64,000 nt of DNA from an uncultured delta proteobacterium (GCA_963727625.1 CAVSHR010000002.1:96001-160000), one strand, 5' to 3'. Positions 9,490 through 20,568 are shown, counted from the stretch's first letter. Numbers and translations: made by a program. The notes: generated from the letters alone by a model not told the origin.

Positions 9490-11169
9490 TCATTTTTGCG
9501 CCCTAGCTTTGCGCCGGCCGATGGCCGCTTCGGCGCGCGGGCTGATCGCGCGTTCCACGGCGATGTTCAAAAGCGCCGGCTTGCCGGACGCGAGGGCCCG
9601 CTCAAGCGCGGGTCTGAGGTCCGCAGGCCGCTCGACAAATTCGCCGTGGCCGCCGAGGCCCTGCACCATTTGGTCGTAGCGAGTCTGCAGCAAGTCCGTT
9701 GCGACCGGTCGGCCGTAGAGGCCGAGCTGGATCTGCCGGTCGATGCCCCAGGCCGAATCGTTGCCGAGCAGCGCGACGATGTCGAGCTTGTGCCGCACCG
9801 CGGTGTCGAATTCCATGCCGTTGAAACCGAAGGCGCCGTCGCCGGTAAGCAGGAAAACGCGGGAGTCGGGGTAGGCAATTTTCGCTGCCAGCGCTGTAGG
9901 CAATGATGAACCCAACATCCCCAGGCTGGATACGTTGAACCATCTTTTCGGCGTGAGCGCGGGAAGGGTGGCTCGGCCGAAGTGGCAAAAATCGCCGCCG
10001 TCAAACACCAGGCAATCGTCGGGGCGCAGCATGGACTTGAGCGTGTTGTGGACGAACAGGGCGTGCATCGGCACCTTCGGTTGCGCTAATTTGTCCGCCC
10101 ACTCGGCTTGAGCAGCCTTGGCAGCGCGCAATTCATCCAACCAGGGGAGATCCTGCCACCGGTGATTCGCCGCTTCTTCGGTCAGCTGTTTCAAGATACT
10201 GGAGACGTCGCCGACCAGGCCGACGTCGACGCCGCGGTTGCGGCCGATTTCCAATGGCGAAGGATCGACTTGAATGATCTTGGCGCCGGCGGCGACGTGA
10301 GGCGGACGGCAGAAACCGATCGTGAAATCCTGCTTGCGGCCGAGCAGCAGGATCACGTCGGCGTCGCGCACTTTGGTCGCGGCGCGATTCAAACCGCGCT
10401 CGAAATAGCCGAAGGCGTAGGGGTGATCGTCGGCGATCAAGCCACGCGACTGTTCTTCCGTGACGATCGGCAGACGCGTGGTTTCGACGAAGCTCTGCAT
10501 TGCTTGGCCCGACAGCGTGTAGCCGGCGGCGCTGCCGGCGATGACCAGCGGTTTTTGCGCGCGGTGCAATATCGCGATTGCCCGACGCACCTGTTCGGGG
10601 TCGCCGAGTTGTTTTGCTCTGGGCCGGTAGGCGTCGGCTTCGGTAAACACGACGTCGTCTTCCTCGACGCTGCGCTCCTGGACGTCGACGGGAATCGTCA
10701 GATGCACCGGGCCGCGCCGCCCGCTGAATGCCAAGCGCATGGCGCGCGCCACGAACTCGGGGATTCTTTTGACGTCGTCGACCATGAATGACCCCTTGCA
10801 CATGGGCCCGGCCATGCCGACTTGATCGATTTCTTGTTGGCCGCCGCGTCCGAGGTCGTGGGTGTCGGCGCAGCCGGCGATCGAAATGACCGGACCTTCG
10901 GTGTGCATCGCGTTGGTGAGGCCGGGAATGGCGTTGGCGAATCCCGGCGTGGTGTACATGCATACGCCGGGCTGCTCGGTCATGCGCCCCCAGGCATCGG
11001 CCATGTGAACGGCGGCTTGTTCATGGCGGGTATCGATGATGCGGAAGTCCTGGTCCGCCATCACATCCAAAATCGGCAGGATATGATCGCCGGCCAGCGC
11101 AAAGATATTCTTTACGCCTTCGAGCTTGAGCGCTTTGCAGACGAGGTGACTGCCGGTGACTTTCGCCAT
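9490..11169 (-). CDS. Thiamine pyrophosphate-dependent enzyme (acetolactate synthase/2-hydroxyacyl-CoA lyase-like)
   Basis: RHEQAAVHMADAW, GDGAFGFNGMEFDTAVRH; GGAGG RBS. Confidence 0.88.
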   Translation of the reverse strand: MAKVTGSHLVCKALKLEGVKNIFALAGDHILPILDVMADQDFRIIDTRHEQAAVHMADAWGRMTEQPGVCMYTTPGFANAIPGLTNAMHTEGPVISIAGCADTHDLGRGGQQEIDQVGMAGPMCKGSFMVDDVKRIPEFVARAMRLAFSGRRGPVHLTIPVDVQERSVEEDDVVFTEADAYRPRAKQLGDPEQVRRAIAILHRAQKPLVIAGSAAGYTLSGQAMQSFVETTRLPIVTEEQSRGLIADDHPYAFGYFERGLNRAATKVRDADVILLLGRKQDFTIGFCRPPHVAAGAKIIQVDPSPLEIGRNRGVDVGLVGDVSSILKQLTEEAANHRWQDLPWLDELRAAKAAQAEWADKLAQPKVPMHALFVHNTLKSMLRPDDCLVFDGGDFCHFGRATLPALTPKRWFNVSSLGMLGSSLPTALAAKIAYPDSRVFLLTGDGAFGFNGMEFDTAVRHKLDIVALLGNDSAWGIDRQIQLGLYGRPVATDLLQTRYDQMVQGLGGHGEFVERPADLRPALERALASGKPALLNIAVERAISPRAEAAIGRRKARAQK

Positions 11170-11532
11170 GGGACCTCCGTTAGTTTGCAACCATCGCGGT
11201 TCGCGATTTCTCTACGGGAACTTTCGTTTAATACAGCTTAGCCGTGGTCGTCAACGGTGCCGCCCGGATCGGCGCCGAAGTAATCAATTCACAATCTTTC
11301 GACGGCGTCCATCTGGTTCGATGTACCGCGGCACTAAACTAGCGCGGCATGCCTCGATCAGCAATCGCCATTCGCTTGACAGGATGAGACGCGAGACAGT
11401 ATGGGGGAGAAAAAATAACGTACCCAGCATCGAGCATCGGACCGCTGCACGAGTGAATACTATCTTTTTTCACATTAACCAGCGTTGCATGTCGACTCGG
11501 CTATGGCATTGCTGGGGTAGGATGAAATCCAC

Positions 11533-12930
11533 ATGATCAATTCGCGCGCGCGATACGACGTCCTCGTTGCCGGCGGCGGCAACGCGGGGCTCTGCGCTGC
11601 GATTACGGCGCGCCGCGCCGGCGCCAGTGTGCTCTTGCTCGAAGGCGCGCCGAGGGAATGCCGCGCCGGCAACAGCCGCCACACGCGCGACATTCGCTAC
11701 ATGCACAAAGCCGCCACGGATTACGTCACCGGTGCGTATCGGGAGGAAGAGTTTTGGGAGGATCTGCGGCAAGTCACCGGCGGAAAAACCAACGAATCAC
11801 TCGCGCGGCTAACGATTCGGGAATCCGAAGAGCTGAGCGACTGGATGCCGGCCAACGGCGTGCGCTGGCAGAAGCCGCTCCGCGGCACGCTGCATTTGGC
11901 GCGGACCAATTTATTCATGCTCGGCGGCGGCAAGGCGATGACCAATGCCTACTATGACACCGCGTCCCGGCTCGGAGTGGAGATTGGCTACGATTTCGAA
12001 GTTCGCGAGCTCAAGATTCACGACGGTGAATTTCACTCGGCGAGCGTGTTCTATCAGGGTGCATCGCGAGAGATAGCCGCCGGCGCGATCGTGGTCGCGT
12101 CCGGCGGATTCGAGGCCAATATTGCCTGGCTGAAGGAATATTGGGGTGACGCCGCCGAGAATTTCATCATCCGCGGCACCAAGCACAACCAGGGAATTCT
12201 TTTGAAACAGCTGCTTGAGCATGGCGCCCAACCGATCGGCGATCCGCGCGGCTGCCACGCGGTGGCGCTCGACGCGCGCGCGCCGAAGTTCGACGGCGGC
12301 ATCGTCACGCGCCTCGACAGCCCGCCGTTCGGCATCGTCGTCAATAAAAACCTCGAGCGCTTCTACGACGAAGGCGAAGACTTCTGGCCGAAACGCTATG
12401 CGATCTGGGGAAGGCTCATCGCCGAGCAGCCGGACCAGATCGCCTACTCGATCGTCGATGCCAAAGCGTTGCCGCATTTCATGCCGTCGGTCTTCCCGCC
12501 GTTCGAAGCAGACTCGATTGCCGAGCTCGCAAACGCCCTCGGTCTCGATCCGGCGCGGCTAACGTCAGCGGTTGATCAGTTCAACGACGCGGTCAGGCCG
12601 GGTGAATTCGATCCGGCTATTTTGGACGACTGTCGCACCGAGGGCATGGTCCCGCCGAAGAGCCATTGGGCGCGAGCCATCGACACGCCGCCGTTCTACG
12701 GCTATCCGCTCCGTCCGGGCATTACGTTCACTTATCTCGGCGTTGCGGTGGACGAGCGGGCGCGCGTCGTCATGCTCGACGGCAAGCCGGCGCGAAACAT
12801 TTTTGCCGCCGGGGAAATCATGGCGGGAAATATTCTCGGCCGGGGTTACCTCGCGGGATTCGGTTTAACCATCGGTTCGGTTTTCGGCCGAATTGCCGGG
12901 CGGGAGGCGGCGCGCCATGCCGGAATTTGA
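11533..12930 (+). CDS. tcuA: FAD-dependent tricarballylate dehydrogenase TcuA
   Basis: [60 protein letters not shown]. Confidence 0.9.
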   Translation: MINSRARYDVLVAGGGNAGLCAAITARRAGASVLLLEGAPRECRAGNSRHTRDIRYMHKAATDYVTGAYREEEFWEDLRQVTGGKTNESLARLTIRESEELSDWMPANGVRWQKPLRGTLHLARTNLFMLGGGKAMTNAYYDTASRLGVEIGYDFEVRELKIHDGEFHSASVFYQGASREIAAGAIVVASGGFEANIAWLKEYWGDAAENFIIRGTKHNQGILLKQLLEHGAQPIGDPRGCHAVALDARAPKFDGGIVTRLDSPPFGIVVNKNLERFYDEGEDFWPKRYAIWGRLIAEQPDQIAYSIVDAKALPHFMPSVFPPFEADSIAELANALGLDPARLTSAVDQFNDAVRPGEFDPAILDDCRTEGMVPPKSHWARAIDTPPFYGYPLRPGITFTYLGVAVDERARVVMLDGKPARNIFAAGEIMAGNILGRGYLAGFGLTIGSVFGRIAGREAARHAGI

Positions 12931-14030
12931 TCTATTCAAGGACGGCGAGCGCCAGATGCGAATCTGCAACGCCTGCCGCTATTGCGAGGGCTACTGCGCG
13001 GTTTTCCCGGCGATGGAGCAGCGCCGGACGTTTTACCAAAGCCGATCTCACTTATCTTGCCAATCTCTGCTTCGACTGCCGCGACTGCTATTACGCCTGC
13101 CAGTATGCGCCGCCGCATGAATTCGGCGTCAATATTCCCAAGCTGATGTCCGGGCTGCGTGCCGATACCTACCGCGAATTTACCTGGCCGGCGATTCTGT
13201 CGGGCTTGTTCAAACGCAACGCATTAGCGGTCAGCGTGATCACGGCGGCGTCGATTGTCGTGATTCTCGCTCTTGTCCTCGCGTTTAGCGGCGCTGATGT
13301 TTTATTCGCTACACATCTCGGAGAAGGAACGTTTTACCGAATCGTGCCATTCGTCGCGATGACCGTGCCGCCATCGCTGATCGCAATGTATGGTTTCATG
13401 GTCTTCTTCCTCGGCGCGCTCCGCTTCTGGCGGGAAACCGGCGGGCCGATCTCTGAACTGGTGGATGCGACCGCACTGTGGCGCGCGACCAAAGACGCTT
13501 TCGGCCTCGCCTACATGAAAGGCGGCGGTGCCGGCTGCAACTATCCCGGCGAGAGCTTTTCGCGCTCGCGGATGTGGTATCACCATTTAACTTTCTACGG
13601 ATTTCTCCTCGACTTTGCCGCTACGACGGTCGCGGCCTTTTACAATCACTTTTTAAATTGGCAGGCGCCTTATCCTTATTTGAGTGCGCCGGTGGTGCTC
13701 GGCACCGTCGGCGGTATTGCTCTGATGATTGGGACCGTCGGTTTGCTCTCCTTGAAGTGGAGAAGCGACCGCACGCCGGCCGACGCGACTATGCTGAATA
13801 TGGACGTAGCCTTTCTGGCGATGCTGTTTCTGACCAGCTCCACCGGCCTCGCGCTGCTCGCGTTTCGCGAAACCGCCGCGATGGGCACGCTGCTGGTCAT
13901 TCACCTCGGCTTCGTCGCCGGATTATTTATCACGGCGCCCTACGGCAAGTTCGCCCACGTGGTCTACCGTTACGCCGCGCTGGTCCGCTACGCGATCGAG
14001 CAAAGGCAGGCGGATGAACACGCTTCATAA
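12917..14030 (+). CDS. tcuB: Tricarballylate utilisation 4Fe-4S/membrane protein TcuB, with one extra T at 13031-13034 (frameshift)
   Basis: [24 protein letters not shown] in one frame continues as [30 protein letters not shown] in another; C-terminal PYGKFAH. Confidence 0.85.
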
Positions 14031-14199
14031 AGCACATGCGGTGAGTGCCTCGAAGTTGAACTGAGTCCGTAGAGCGGTCAACAGTCCGGCCGAATTAGGC
14101 CGCGGTCCGTTAGGGAAATAGGCCGCCGGCCCGGTCGGCCTATGCCGGAAACCCCAATGTTGACAAAGCTCGGTTAGCTGATGGATATTGCGACCGAAT

Positions 14200-14283
14200 T
14201 CACGTTTTATCGTTCGAGCCGTCACCGGGATAGGCCGACCGGCAATTGTCGGCGGCTACGGCGGCTCATTTAATACGTTAGGC
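14200..14283 (+). mobile_element. Partial/degenerate integron attC site
   Basis: Ends GCGGCTCATTTAATAC-GTTAGGC (R' 14277-14283) with inner inverted repeat GAGCCGTC/GGCGGCTC; R'' box not clear. Confidence 0.5.
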
Positions 14284-14298
14284 TGTAGGAGATGTGGG

Positions 14299-15294
14299 AT
14301 GAACGGGAAAATCGTTACGCTTAGCGTCATCTTCGCCCTGGGGTTCTTCTCGGTGCGCGTTTCCTCCGAGGCGCAGCAGGCGAAGAAAATTCCTCGGCTA
14401 GGGTTCATATCCTCCTTTGGCAGTCCTAAAGATCCATGGCCGTTCTTCGAGTCATTCCGGCTAGGACTCCGCGAGCTAGGTTATATTGAAGGTCAAAATG
14501 TACTGATTGAAAACCGATATCCCGAGGGCAGGCGGGATCGAATGGCTGCGCTCGTAGATGAACTTGTTCAACTAAAAGTCGACGTGATTGTCGCGGCCAA
14601 TAATACGGTTATTCGTGCCGCTCAGAAAGCAACCAAGACGATTCCAATTGTGATGGTGAGTTCCATCGATCCTGTTGCCGCCGGGTATGTGACCAGCCTT
14701 GCACGTCCAGGTGCAAATATCACGGGTCTTTCTCCTCTCATTCGCGACTTAAGCGCGAAACGCATGGAGCTACTTAAAGAACTACTACCCAATCTGTCGC
14801 GAGTCGGTGTTCTCTGGGACGCGGACGGCCCGGGGCCAGCAATCGCTTTTAAAGAGTACACCGCAGCGGCGCAGGCTTTTAAACTAGATCTCCAATCCCT
14901 TGAGGTGCGCGGTCCCAGACCCGATCTTAAGGGCGCATTCCAGGCTGCAAGAAAGAGGCGCGTGGACGCGCTCATCATCGTTATCAACCCGCTGATCGGC
15001 CAGCATCAAAAAGAAGTCCTCGAACTCACTAAAAAAAACCGCCTCCCTTCATTGACTGAAAATAGTCAGCTTGTAGACGCCGGTGGTCTTTTGTCCTATG
15101 CAGCAAACTATTCTGATATGTACCGTCGCGCCGCCACTTACGTAGACAAGATTCTGAAAGGAGTGAAACCTGCTGATCTGCCGGTCGAGCAGCCGACAAA
15201 ATTTGAGCTGGTGATCAATCTCAAGACAGCCAAGGAGATCGGCCTCACGATTCCGCCGAACGTGCTGGTGCGGGCGGACCGAGTTATCAAATGA
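14299..15294 (+). CDS. ABC transporter substrate-binding protein (ABC_sub_bind/PF04392 type), probable gene cassette
   Basis: AQQAKKIPRLG, GLRELGYIEGQN, KPADLPVEQPTKFELVINLKTAK; AT-richer than flanks; between attC-like sites. Confidence 0.88.
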   Translation: MNGKIVTLSVIFALGFFSVRVSSEAQQAKKIPRLGFISSFGSPKDPWPFFESFRLGLRELGYIEGQNVLIENRYPEGRRDRMAALVDELVQLKVDVIVAANNTVIRAAQKATKTIPIVMVSSIDPVAAGYVTSLARPGANITGLSPLIRDLSAKRMELLKELLPNLSRVGVLWDADGPGPAIAFKEYTAAAQAFKLDLQSLEVRGPRPDLKGAFQAARKRRVDALIIVINPLIGQHQKEVLELTKKNRLPSLTENSQLVDAGGLLSYAANYSDMYRRAATYVDKILKGVKPADLPVEQPTKFELVINLKTAKEIGLTIPPNVLVRADRVIK

Positions 15295-15335
15295 TGATGG
15301 AAAAAGGCAGATCAAGCCCAATTGTTGACACCGTT

Positions 15336-15393
15336 GCCTAACCCTCGACTTGAGACCGACGCCAAAGGCGCGGCTCAGCCTGACACGTTACGC
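15336..15393 (+). mobile_element. Integron attC site (58 bp)
   Basis: GCCTAAC-CCTCG-ACTTGAGACCG...CGGCTCAG-CCTGACAC-GTTACGC: R''/R' boxes plus L''/L' imperfect inverted repeat with extrahelical bases. Confidence 0.75.
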
Positions 15394-15454
15394 GGCAGGA
15401 TACACCGCGATAGGGATTGCATTTCGTAAGTAGTCCAACCGAAGGAAATCGCTA

Positions 15455-16243
15455 ATGGCCGATCAATCAATCCGCTTCGACGACGGCGCTGCCTACGAAA
15501 GATTCATGGGAAAGTGGAGCCAGCTAGCAGGTGAAACGTTTCTCGACTGGCTAGCGCCACAGCCAGGATTACGGTGGCTCGACGTTGGCTGCGGCAACGG
15601 CGCTTTTACCGAAATGCTCGTCGGGCGCTGTGCACCAGTCTCTGTGCAAGGAATAGACCCGTCTGAGGCGCAGCTCGCCTTTGCTCGCACACGACCCGCG
15701 TCGCGTGTGGCGCAATTTCATCAGGGCGATGCAATGTCGCCGCCTTTCCCCGACGACACTTTCGACGCAGCTGTCATGCCACTGGTGATCTTCTTCGTTC
15801 CCGACCCAGCCAAAGGCGTTGCCGAAATGGTGCGGGTGGTCTGCCCAGGCGGCACAGTCGCAGCCTATGCGTGGGACATGTTTGGCGGTGGATTTCCTTA
15901 CGAGGCATTGCAGGCTGAAATGCGCGCGTTGGGTATTACAGTTCCGCTACCGCCAAGCTGTGGCGTGTCACGAATAGACGCCATGCGGGATTTGTGGACC
16001 AATGTCGGGTTGCACGCGGTCGAAACGCGGGAGATCACTGTGCAACGAACGTTCGCCGACGTCGACGACTACTGGACGACCATCCTCATGGGGCCAAACG
16101 TCGGCCCCAAGGCCGCAGCAATGGCGTCCGAGGATCTTGCGCTTCTCAAGGCTCGGGTGCGCGAGCGCTTGCCGGTAGATGCCATGGGGCGCATCACCTA
16201 TAGTGCCCGGGCTAACGCGGTAAAGGGTCGAGTATCCAAGTAA
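15455..16243 (+). CDS. Class I SAM-dependent methyltransferase, probable gene cassette
   Basis: WLDVGCGNG, YERFMGKWS; flanked by attC sites. Confidence 0.88.
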   Translation: MADQSIRFDDGAAYERFMGKWSQLAGETFLDWLAPQPGLRWLDVGCGNGAFTEMLVGRCAPVSVQGIDPSEAQLAFARTRPASRVAQFHQGDAMSPPFPDDTFDAAVMPLVIFFVPDPAKGVAEMVRVVCPGGTVAAYAWDMFGGGFPYEALQAEMRALGITVPLPPSCGVSRIDAMRDLWTNVGLHAVETREITVQRTFADVDDYWTTILMGPNVGPKAAAMASEDLALLKARVRERLPVDAMGRITYSARANAVKGRVSK

Positions 16244-16332
16244 TGTGAAGGATGAATCTCTGTATGGCTCTAGGAACGTCGGATTACTTGGGAGCGTTTT
16301 GAATTGCTGTAAAGTCGTAGTAATCCAATGCC

Positions 16333-16390
16333 CCATAACAACGCGTCGCAGAAGACCGCCACCGGCGGCGGCTGAACGCCATCGTTAATA
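16333..16390 (+). mobile_element. Integron attC site (58 bp)
   Basis: CCATAAC-AACGC-GTCGCAG...CCGCC-ACC-GGCGG...CTGAAC-GCCATC-GTTAATA. Confidence 0.75.
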
Positions 16391-16418
16391 CAACATCGCC
16401 CCATTTTCAGCTCTCGAT

Positions 16419-16505
16419 CCTTAACCGGCTGTCTCTATCCGCCCTTCGATTAAGCCCATAGGCGCTGCTTCACATACACGGTTAACTAGAACCAAAATGT
16501 TAGGC
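16419..16505 (+). mobile_element. Possible degenerate attC site (empty cassette)
   Basis: CCTTAAC at 16419 and AAAAT-GTTAGGC at 16499-16505; internal pairing poor. Confidence 0.3.
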
Positions 16506-16521
16506 CTGGAATCGGTACAGC

Positions 16522-16885
16522 CTACAAGTGTTTTCCACGGTCCACATCAGCCTCAATGGTCTTTAGCAAACTGTTGTCGTAGAGCGATTTCAACTCGACT
16601 TTCGGCAGCGGCGGGCCCTGTGCTTGCATGGCATCCAACGTAGCGCGCAGCGAGGCTTCGTCGATGTACGGCATGCGCGGCAGGTCGGGGACTAAATCAT
16701 CGTAAAATCTATTGAGCACGTCGGGATCGCGCTGGCGTGTGTCTTTGGCGATCACCTTCATCGTGACTTCCCGTTGACTCTTGACGTAGGCGAGGGCTTC
16801 GACGTAGCCGCGCAGGAAGGCGTCGACAATCTCTCGCTTCTCGCGCAGGAAGCGCTTCGGCGTCGCAGTCACGGTGATCAGCTCG
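16522..16885 (-). pseudogene. Orphan 3' fragment of NMT1/THI5-like substrate-binding protein
   Basis: FLREKREIVDAFLRGYVEALAY...LYDNSLLKTIE parallels the C-terminus of 7208-8188; starts immediately after LysR stop with no own start. Confidence 0.7.
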
Positions 16886-16912
16886 CGGATGGTCGATCGC
16901 AATCCAAGCCGG

Positions 16913-17797
16913 CTATTTTGCTTTTTTGAGCATTTCTTCCGCCGTGGCGATAAAGGCGCGGACCTTGGGTGAGACGAAGCGCTGCACCGGGTAAACGAAC
17001 GAGAAGGCGACCGGCGGTCCATGCCACTCGGGCAAGACGCGCCGGAGCCGTTCATCGCGCGCTTCCTCGGCGCAGAGAAACTCGGGCAAGTAAACGATGC
17101 CCTGGCCGAGCAAGGCGAATGCTTTGAGAGTTTCGAAGTCGTCGGCGCGCAGCCGACCCGTAATCGCCGGTTGGGCGCTTTCGCGGCCGTTGGTGAGGTC
17201 CAAGCGATTTCCTTTGAGCAGGGAAAAGCGCAGGAGCTCGTGCTCCGGCAATTCTTTCGGATGTGAGGGAGTGCCGCGTCGCTTGAGATAGTCAGGACTG
17301 GCCCACAAGCCAAAATGACCGAGGGCGAAGCGCTTGGCAATGAGGCGCGAGTCGGCGAGCCGGCCGGCACGGATCGCCAAGTCGATGCCTTCTGCGATGA
17401 GATCGACGACGCGATTGGTGATGATCAGGTCGATCTGGAGCTTCGGATGGCGCCGGAGAAATTCGCGCACCAGAGCGGCGAGCAAACTATGGCCGAGCTC
17501 CACCGGGGCGGTGAGGCGCAAACAGCCCTGGGGCTCCTGCTGCGCGCCGGCCAGCTCGGACTCGGCGGCTTGCAGTTGTTCCAACGCCAAAACGCATCGC
17601 TGAAAATAAATTTCTCCCGCCTGAGTGACGCGCAGCCTGCGGGTGGTGCGTTGCAACAAGGTTACGCCGAGGCGTTTCTCCAAAGCCGACACCTTGGCGC
17701 TGACCGTGGAGTTGGGCATGCCGAGCAACTTAGCCGCGCCGCTAAAACTCCCCGCTTGAACCACCTTGACGAAAATCTCGATGCCGTCCAGCTCCAT
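16913..17797 (-). CDS. LysR family regulator (CrgA/DmlR-like)
   Basis: FVKVVQAGSFSGAA, LEKRLGVTLLQRTTRRL, VDLIAEGIDLAIR; divergent from pirin gene. Confidence 0.92.
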   Translation of the reverse strand: MELDGIEIFVKVVQAGSFSGAAKLLGMPNSTVSAKVSALEKRLGVTLLQRTTRRLRVTQAGEIYFQRCVLALEQLQAAESELAGAQQEPQGCLRLTAPVELGHSLLAALVREFLRRHPKLQIDLIITNRVVDLIAEGIDLAIRAGRLADSRLIAKRFALGHFGLWASPDYLKRRGTPSHPKELPEHELLRFSLLKGNRLDLTNGRESAQPAITGRLRADDFETLKAFALLGQGIVYLPEFLCAEEARDERLRRVLPEWHGPPVAFSFVYPVQRFVSPKVRAFIATAEEMLKKAK

Positions 17798-17917
17798 CCG
17801 GGCGATTGTACATTAGGCGGAAGAGTGTTTCCAAGTTTCCCCATCTAGTCGGCGAGGCTCTCAGTGTGTACCTTAAAGGCAGTCGCTTGAGTATCTTTTG
17901 CATCGAAAGGAGCGCAA

Positions 17918-18769
17918 ATGACCTTAACGTCAAGAAGAATTTTAAAGGTGATCGAGCCGCAGGCGGTCGTCGAGGGCGCGGGCGTTAGGCTCAAACGGAG
18001 CATCGGCACGCGCGAACTCGACTACCTCGATCCGTTTTTGCTGCTCGATCATTTCGCTTCAAAGAACCCGGCGGATTATCGGGCGGGCTTTCCGCTCCAT
18101 CCGCATCGCGGCATCGAGACCGTGACCTACCTGCTCACCGGCGCGGTGCGCCACAAAGATTCGGTCGGTAACGCCGGCGAAATCGGTCCCGGGGATTTGC
18201 AGTGGATGACCGCCGGTCGCGGCATCATGCATGAAGAGATGCCGCAGGTGCGGCCGGAAGGCGTGGCGGGATTTCAACTCTGGGTCAACTTGCCCAAGAA
18301 GGATAAGATGATTCCACCGCGCTATCAGAACGTTCACGCCAACGAGATCGCCGTGGTCGAACGCGACGGCGGCGCGACCATCCGGGTGATCGCCGGCCGT
18401 GTCGACGGCGTCAACGGACCGATCAGCGGCATCGCCGCCGAGCCGATGTATCTCGACATGTCGATCGCGGCCAATGGCTCGTTCACTTTGCCGATCCCGC
18501 GCGGCCATTCAGCGTTCGCTTATGTCTACGAGGGCGAGGGACGATTCGACGCCGATGATTCAGTCGTCGTTGCCGCGCCGAAGCTCGTGGTTTGGGACGA
18601 CGGCGATCGCGTTACAGTGCGGGCGGCGGAGAACAGTGTGCGTTTTCTCCTGGTGTCGGGAAAGCCTTTGAACGAGCCGATCGCCCGCTATGGGCCGTTC
18701 GTGATGAATACCAAAGGGGAGATTGAACAGACGCTGCGCGAACTGCAGCAGGGAACGTTTGCGCGCTAG
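17918..18769 (+). CDS. Pirin family protein
   Basis: DPFLLLDHF, GFPLHPHRGIETVTY, QWMTAGRGIMHEEMP, YGPFVMNT. Confidence 0.93.
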   Translation: MTLTSRRILKVIEPQAVVEGAGVRLKRSIGTRELDYLDPFLLLDHFASKNPADYRAGFPLHPHRGIETVTYLLTGAVRHKDSVGNAGEIGPGDLQWMTAGRGIMHEEMPQVRPEGVAGFQLWVNLPKKDKMIPPRYQNVHANEIAVVERDGGATIRVIAGRVDGVNGPISGIAAEPMYLDMSIAANGSFTLPIPRGHSAFAYVYEGEGRFDADDSVVVAAPKLVVWDDGDRVTVRAAENSVRFLLVSGKPLNEPIARYGPFVMNTKGEIEQTLRELQQGTFAR

Positions 18770-18933
18770 CTGCGCGCGCAAGGTAGCGATTCTCAAGTCG
18801 CGGTGCCGGCTAGTCATCGTCTTTCTTAGGCTGACTTCGGCCGTCGCCGCGCGCGCGTCAGCGCATGGTCAAGCCGTCGCTTCGGCAAGGCTAACTCCCT
18901 TTCAAGTGGCTGCTTACACGTCCCGGTCGTGAT

Positions 18934-19383
18934 ATGATTCACCGCATGAAAAATAGCGGGCCGATCCAACTAAGTCCGGAACAGGAGGCGATCCGCAAGC
19001 CGTTGCTGGAGCTGCATGGAGCTTTGCTTCGGTTGCACAAGGCCCTGATCGAATCGGAGCGGGTCGTGTACGAGCAAAACGTAAGCCCGATCCAATCGCC
19101 GAATCACTTTTTTCAGCTGCTGACCAATGATCCTTGGTTTGCCTGGCTGCGGCCGATTACCCAACTGATCGTCGCCATCGACGAAACCCTCGACGCCAAA
19201 GAACCTCTAGCCAACATGCACGTCGACGCGGTGATGAACCAATCGGTGTTTTTGCTGGTGCCGGCAAATAGCGGCAATGAGTTTGGCGAGCGTTATGTCG
19301 CCGCCTTGCAGCGCGACCCGCGCGTGGTGCTCGCCCATGCGCAAGTGGCCAAGCGCATCGGCTCGGGTGCTCCGCCGGCGTGA
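18934..19383 (+). CDS. Conserved hypothetical protein
   Basis: LLRLHKAL, DPWFAWLRP, ALQRDPRVVLAH; decayed paralog at 22340-22596. Confidence 0.7.
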   Translation: MIHRMKNSGPIQLSPEQEAIRKPLLELHGALLRLHKALIESERVVYEQNVSPIQSPNHFFQLLTNDPWFAWLRPITQLIVAIDETLDAKEPLANMHVDAVMNQSVFLLVPANSGNEFGERYVAALQRDPRVVLAHAQVAKRIGSGAPPA

Positions 19384-19441
19384 ATTTATTCCAACTACCC
19401 TCGGGTCGCGATTACTCAAGCTGGCTGTCGCAAGCCAAAAA

Positions 19442-19470
19442 GCAGGGACGGATTGAAAACCCACCCCTAC
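19442..19470. repeat. Degenerate GTAG-family REP-like palindrome
   Basis: gcagggacggattgaaaacccacccctac between convergent genes. Confidence 0.4.
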
Positions 19471-19499
19471 TGAAACGATGCTGTCGCCCTTCTTTGCGG

Positions 19500-20417
19500 T
19501 TAGGATTTCAAATACTTGTTGAAATGATCAAGGGTGCGCTGCCAGGCGAGTTTCGCGGCGGCTTCGTCGTAACGCGGCGTGGTGTCGTTGTGGAAGCCGT
19601 GATTGGTTCCAGGATAAATGTAAGCTTCGTACCTGATGTGGTTGGCTTTCAGAGCCTCTTCGTAGGCGGGCCATTTAGACAGGACTCTAGGATCCTTCTC
19701 AGCGAAGTTCAGCAACATCGCGGCTTTGATTTTCGCCACCTCGGCAGTCGCCGGGGCGAGGCCGTAGAAGGGAACGCCCGCGGCGAGCTGCGGCATGCGC
19801 ACCGCTAGAATGTTCACAATATCTCCGCCGGCGCAGAAACCGACTGCGCCAAGCTTTCCTGTGGACTGCGGGTGCTTTAGCAAAAACTCCGCGGCCGCAA
19901 TGAAGTCTTCAGCGATTTTCCCTCTGTCGAGCTTGCGCTGCATGGCAAGGGCTTTTTCGTCCGCTTCAGCGCCATACTTGTCGACGCTCGGATAACCGCC
20001 CAGCGGCCACAGCGCATCCGGGGCGAAAGCCATGAAGCCGGCCACGGCCAAGCGCCGTGCCACGTCTTCGATGTAAGGGTTGAGACCGCGATTTTCGTGA
20101 ATCACCAGCACCACGGGAAATTTGTCACCGCTCGCCGGGCGCGCGAGCAGGCCGCGCATTTTACCGTCCGACGCATTGCCCTTGGCCGAAGGGTACATCG
20201 TGTACTCGGCCTTGATGCGCTTGTCGTCTTTGGGGACCTGCTGCGCCCAAGCGTAGTTGGGCCGGAGCATCTCCCACAATCCCATCGCCGTCAGCCCCCC
20301 CACGGCGAACTTCGCTGCCCCGTCCAAGAACTCGCGGCGGCTGATGGCGCCATGGACGTACTTGTCTAACAGACTTAGCAGGTGTGGATCAAAATCACTG
20401 GTCTTCTTGCGCTCCAT
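19500..20417 (-). CDS. Dienelactone hydrolase family protein (YghX-like), Tat-type motif
   Basis: [38 protein letters not shown]. Confidence 0.9.
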   Translation of the reverse strand: MERKKTSDFDPHLLSLLDKYVHGAISRREFLDGAAKFAVGGLTAMGLWEMLRPNYAWAQQVPKDDKRIKAEYTMYPSAKGNASDGKMRGLLARPASGDKFPVVLVIHENRGLNPYIEDVARRLAVAGFMAFAPDALWPLGGYPSVDKYGAEADEKALAMQRKLDRGKIAEDFIAAAEFLLKHPQSTGKLGAVGFCAGGDIVNILAVRMPQLAAGVPFYGLAPATAEVAKIKAAMLLNFAEKDPRVLSKWPAYEEALKANHIRYEAYIYPGTNHGFHNDTTPRYDEAAAKLAWQRTLDHFNKYLKS

Positions 20418-20568
20418 CGAATGATATCCTCATATTAAAATTGAAATCTTGGGAACAGGGCGACCCGGAATCCGGTGTTAAAGTGCGCTTTCCGGAACCA
20501 CATTCGACTCACACGACTGTTGAGAGGCTCATTTATTATTTAAGCTCATTCTGAGACGGGACTTAGCT

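Noticed and set aside
14085-14115. Possible additional attC ending CCGTTAGGG
   Set aside because: No complementary R'' box or convincing L boxes
16886-17370. N-terminal part of the 282-aa ORF 16522-17370
   Set aside because: Alternate frame of the LysR gene; only the last ~120 codons resemble an SBP
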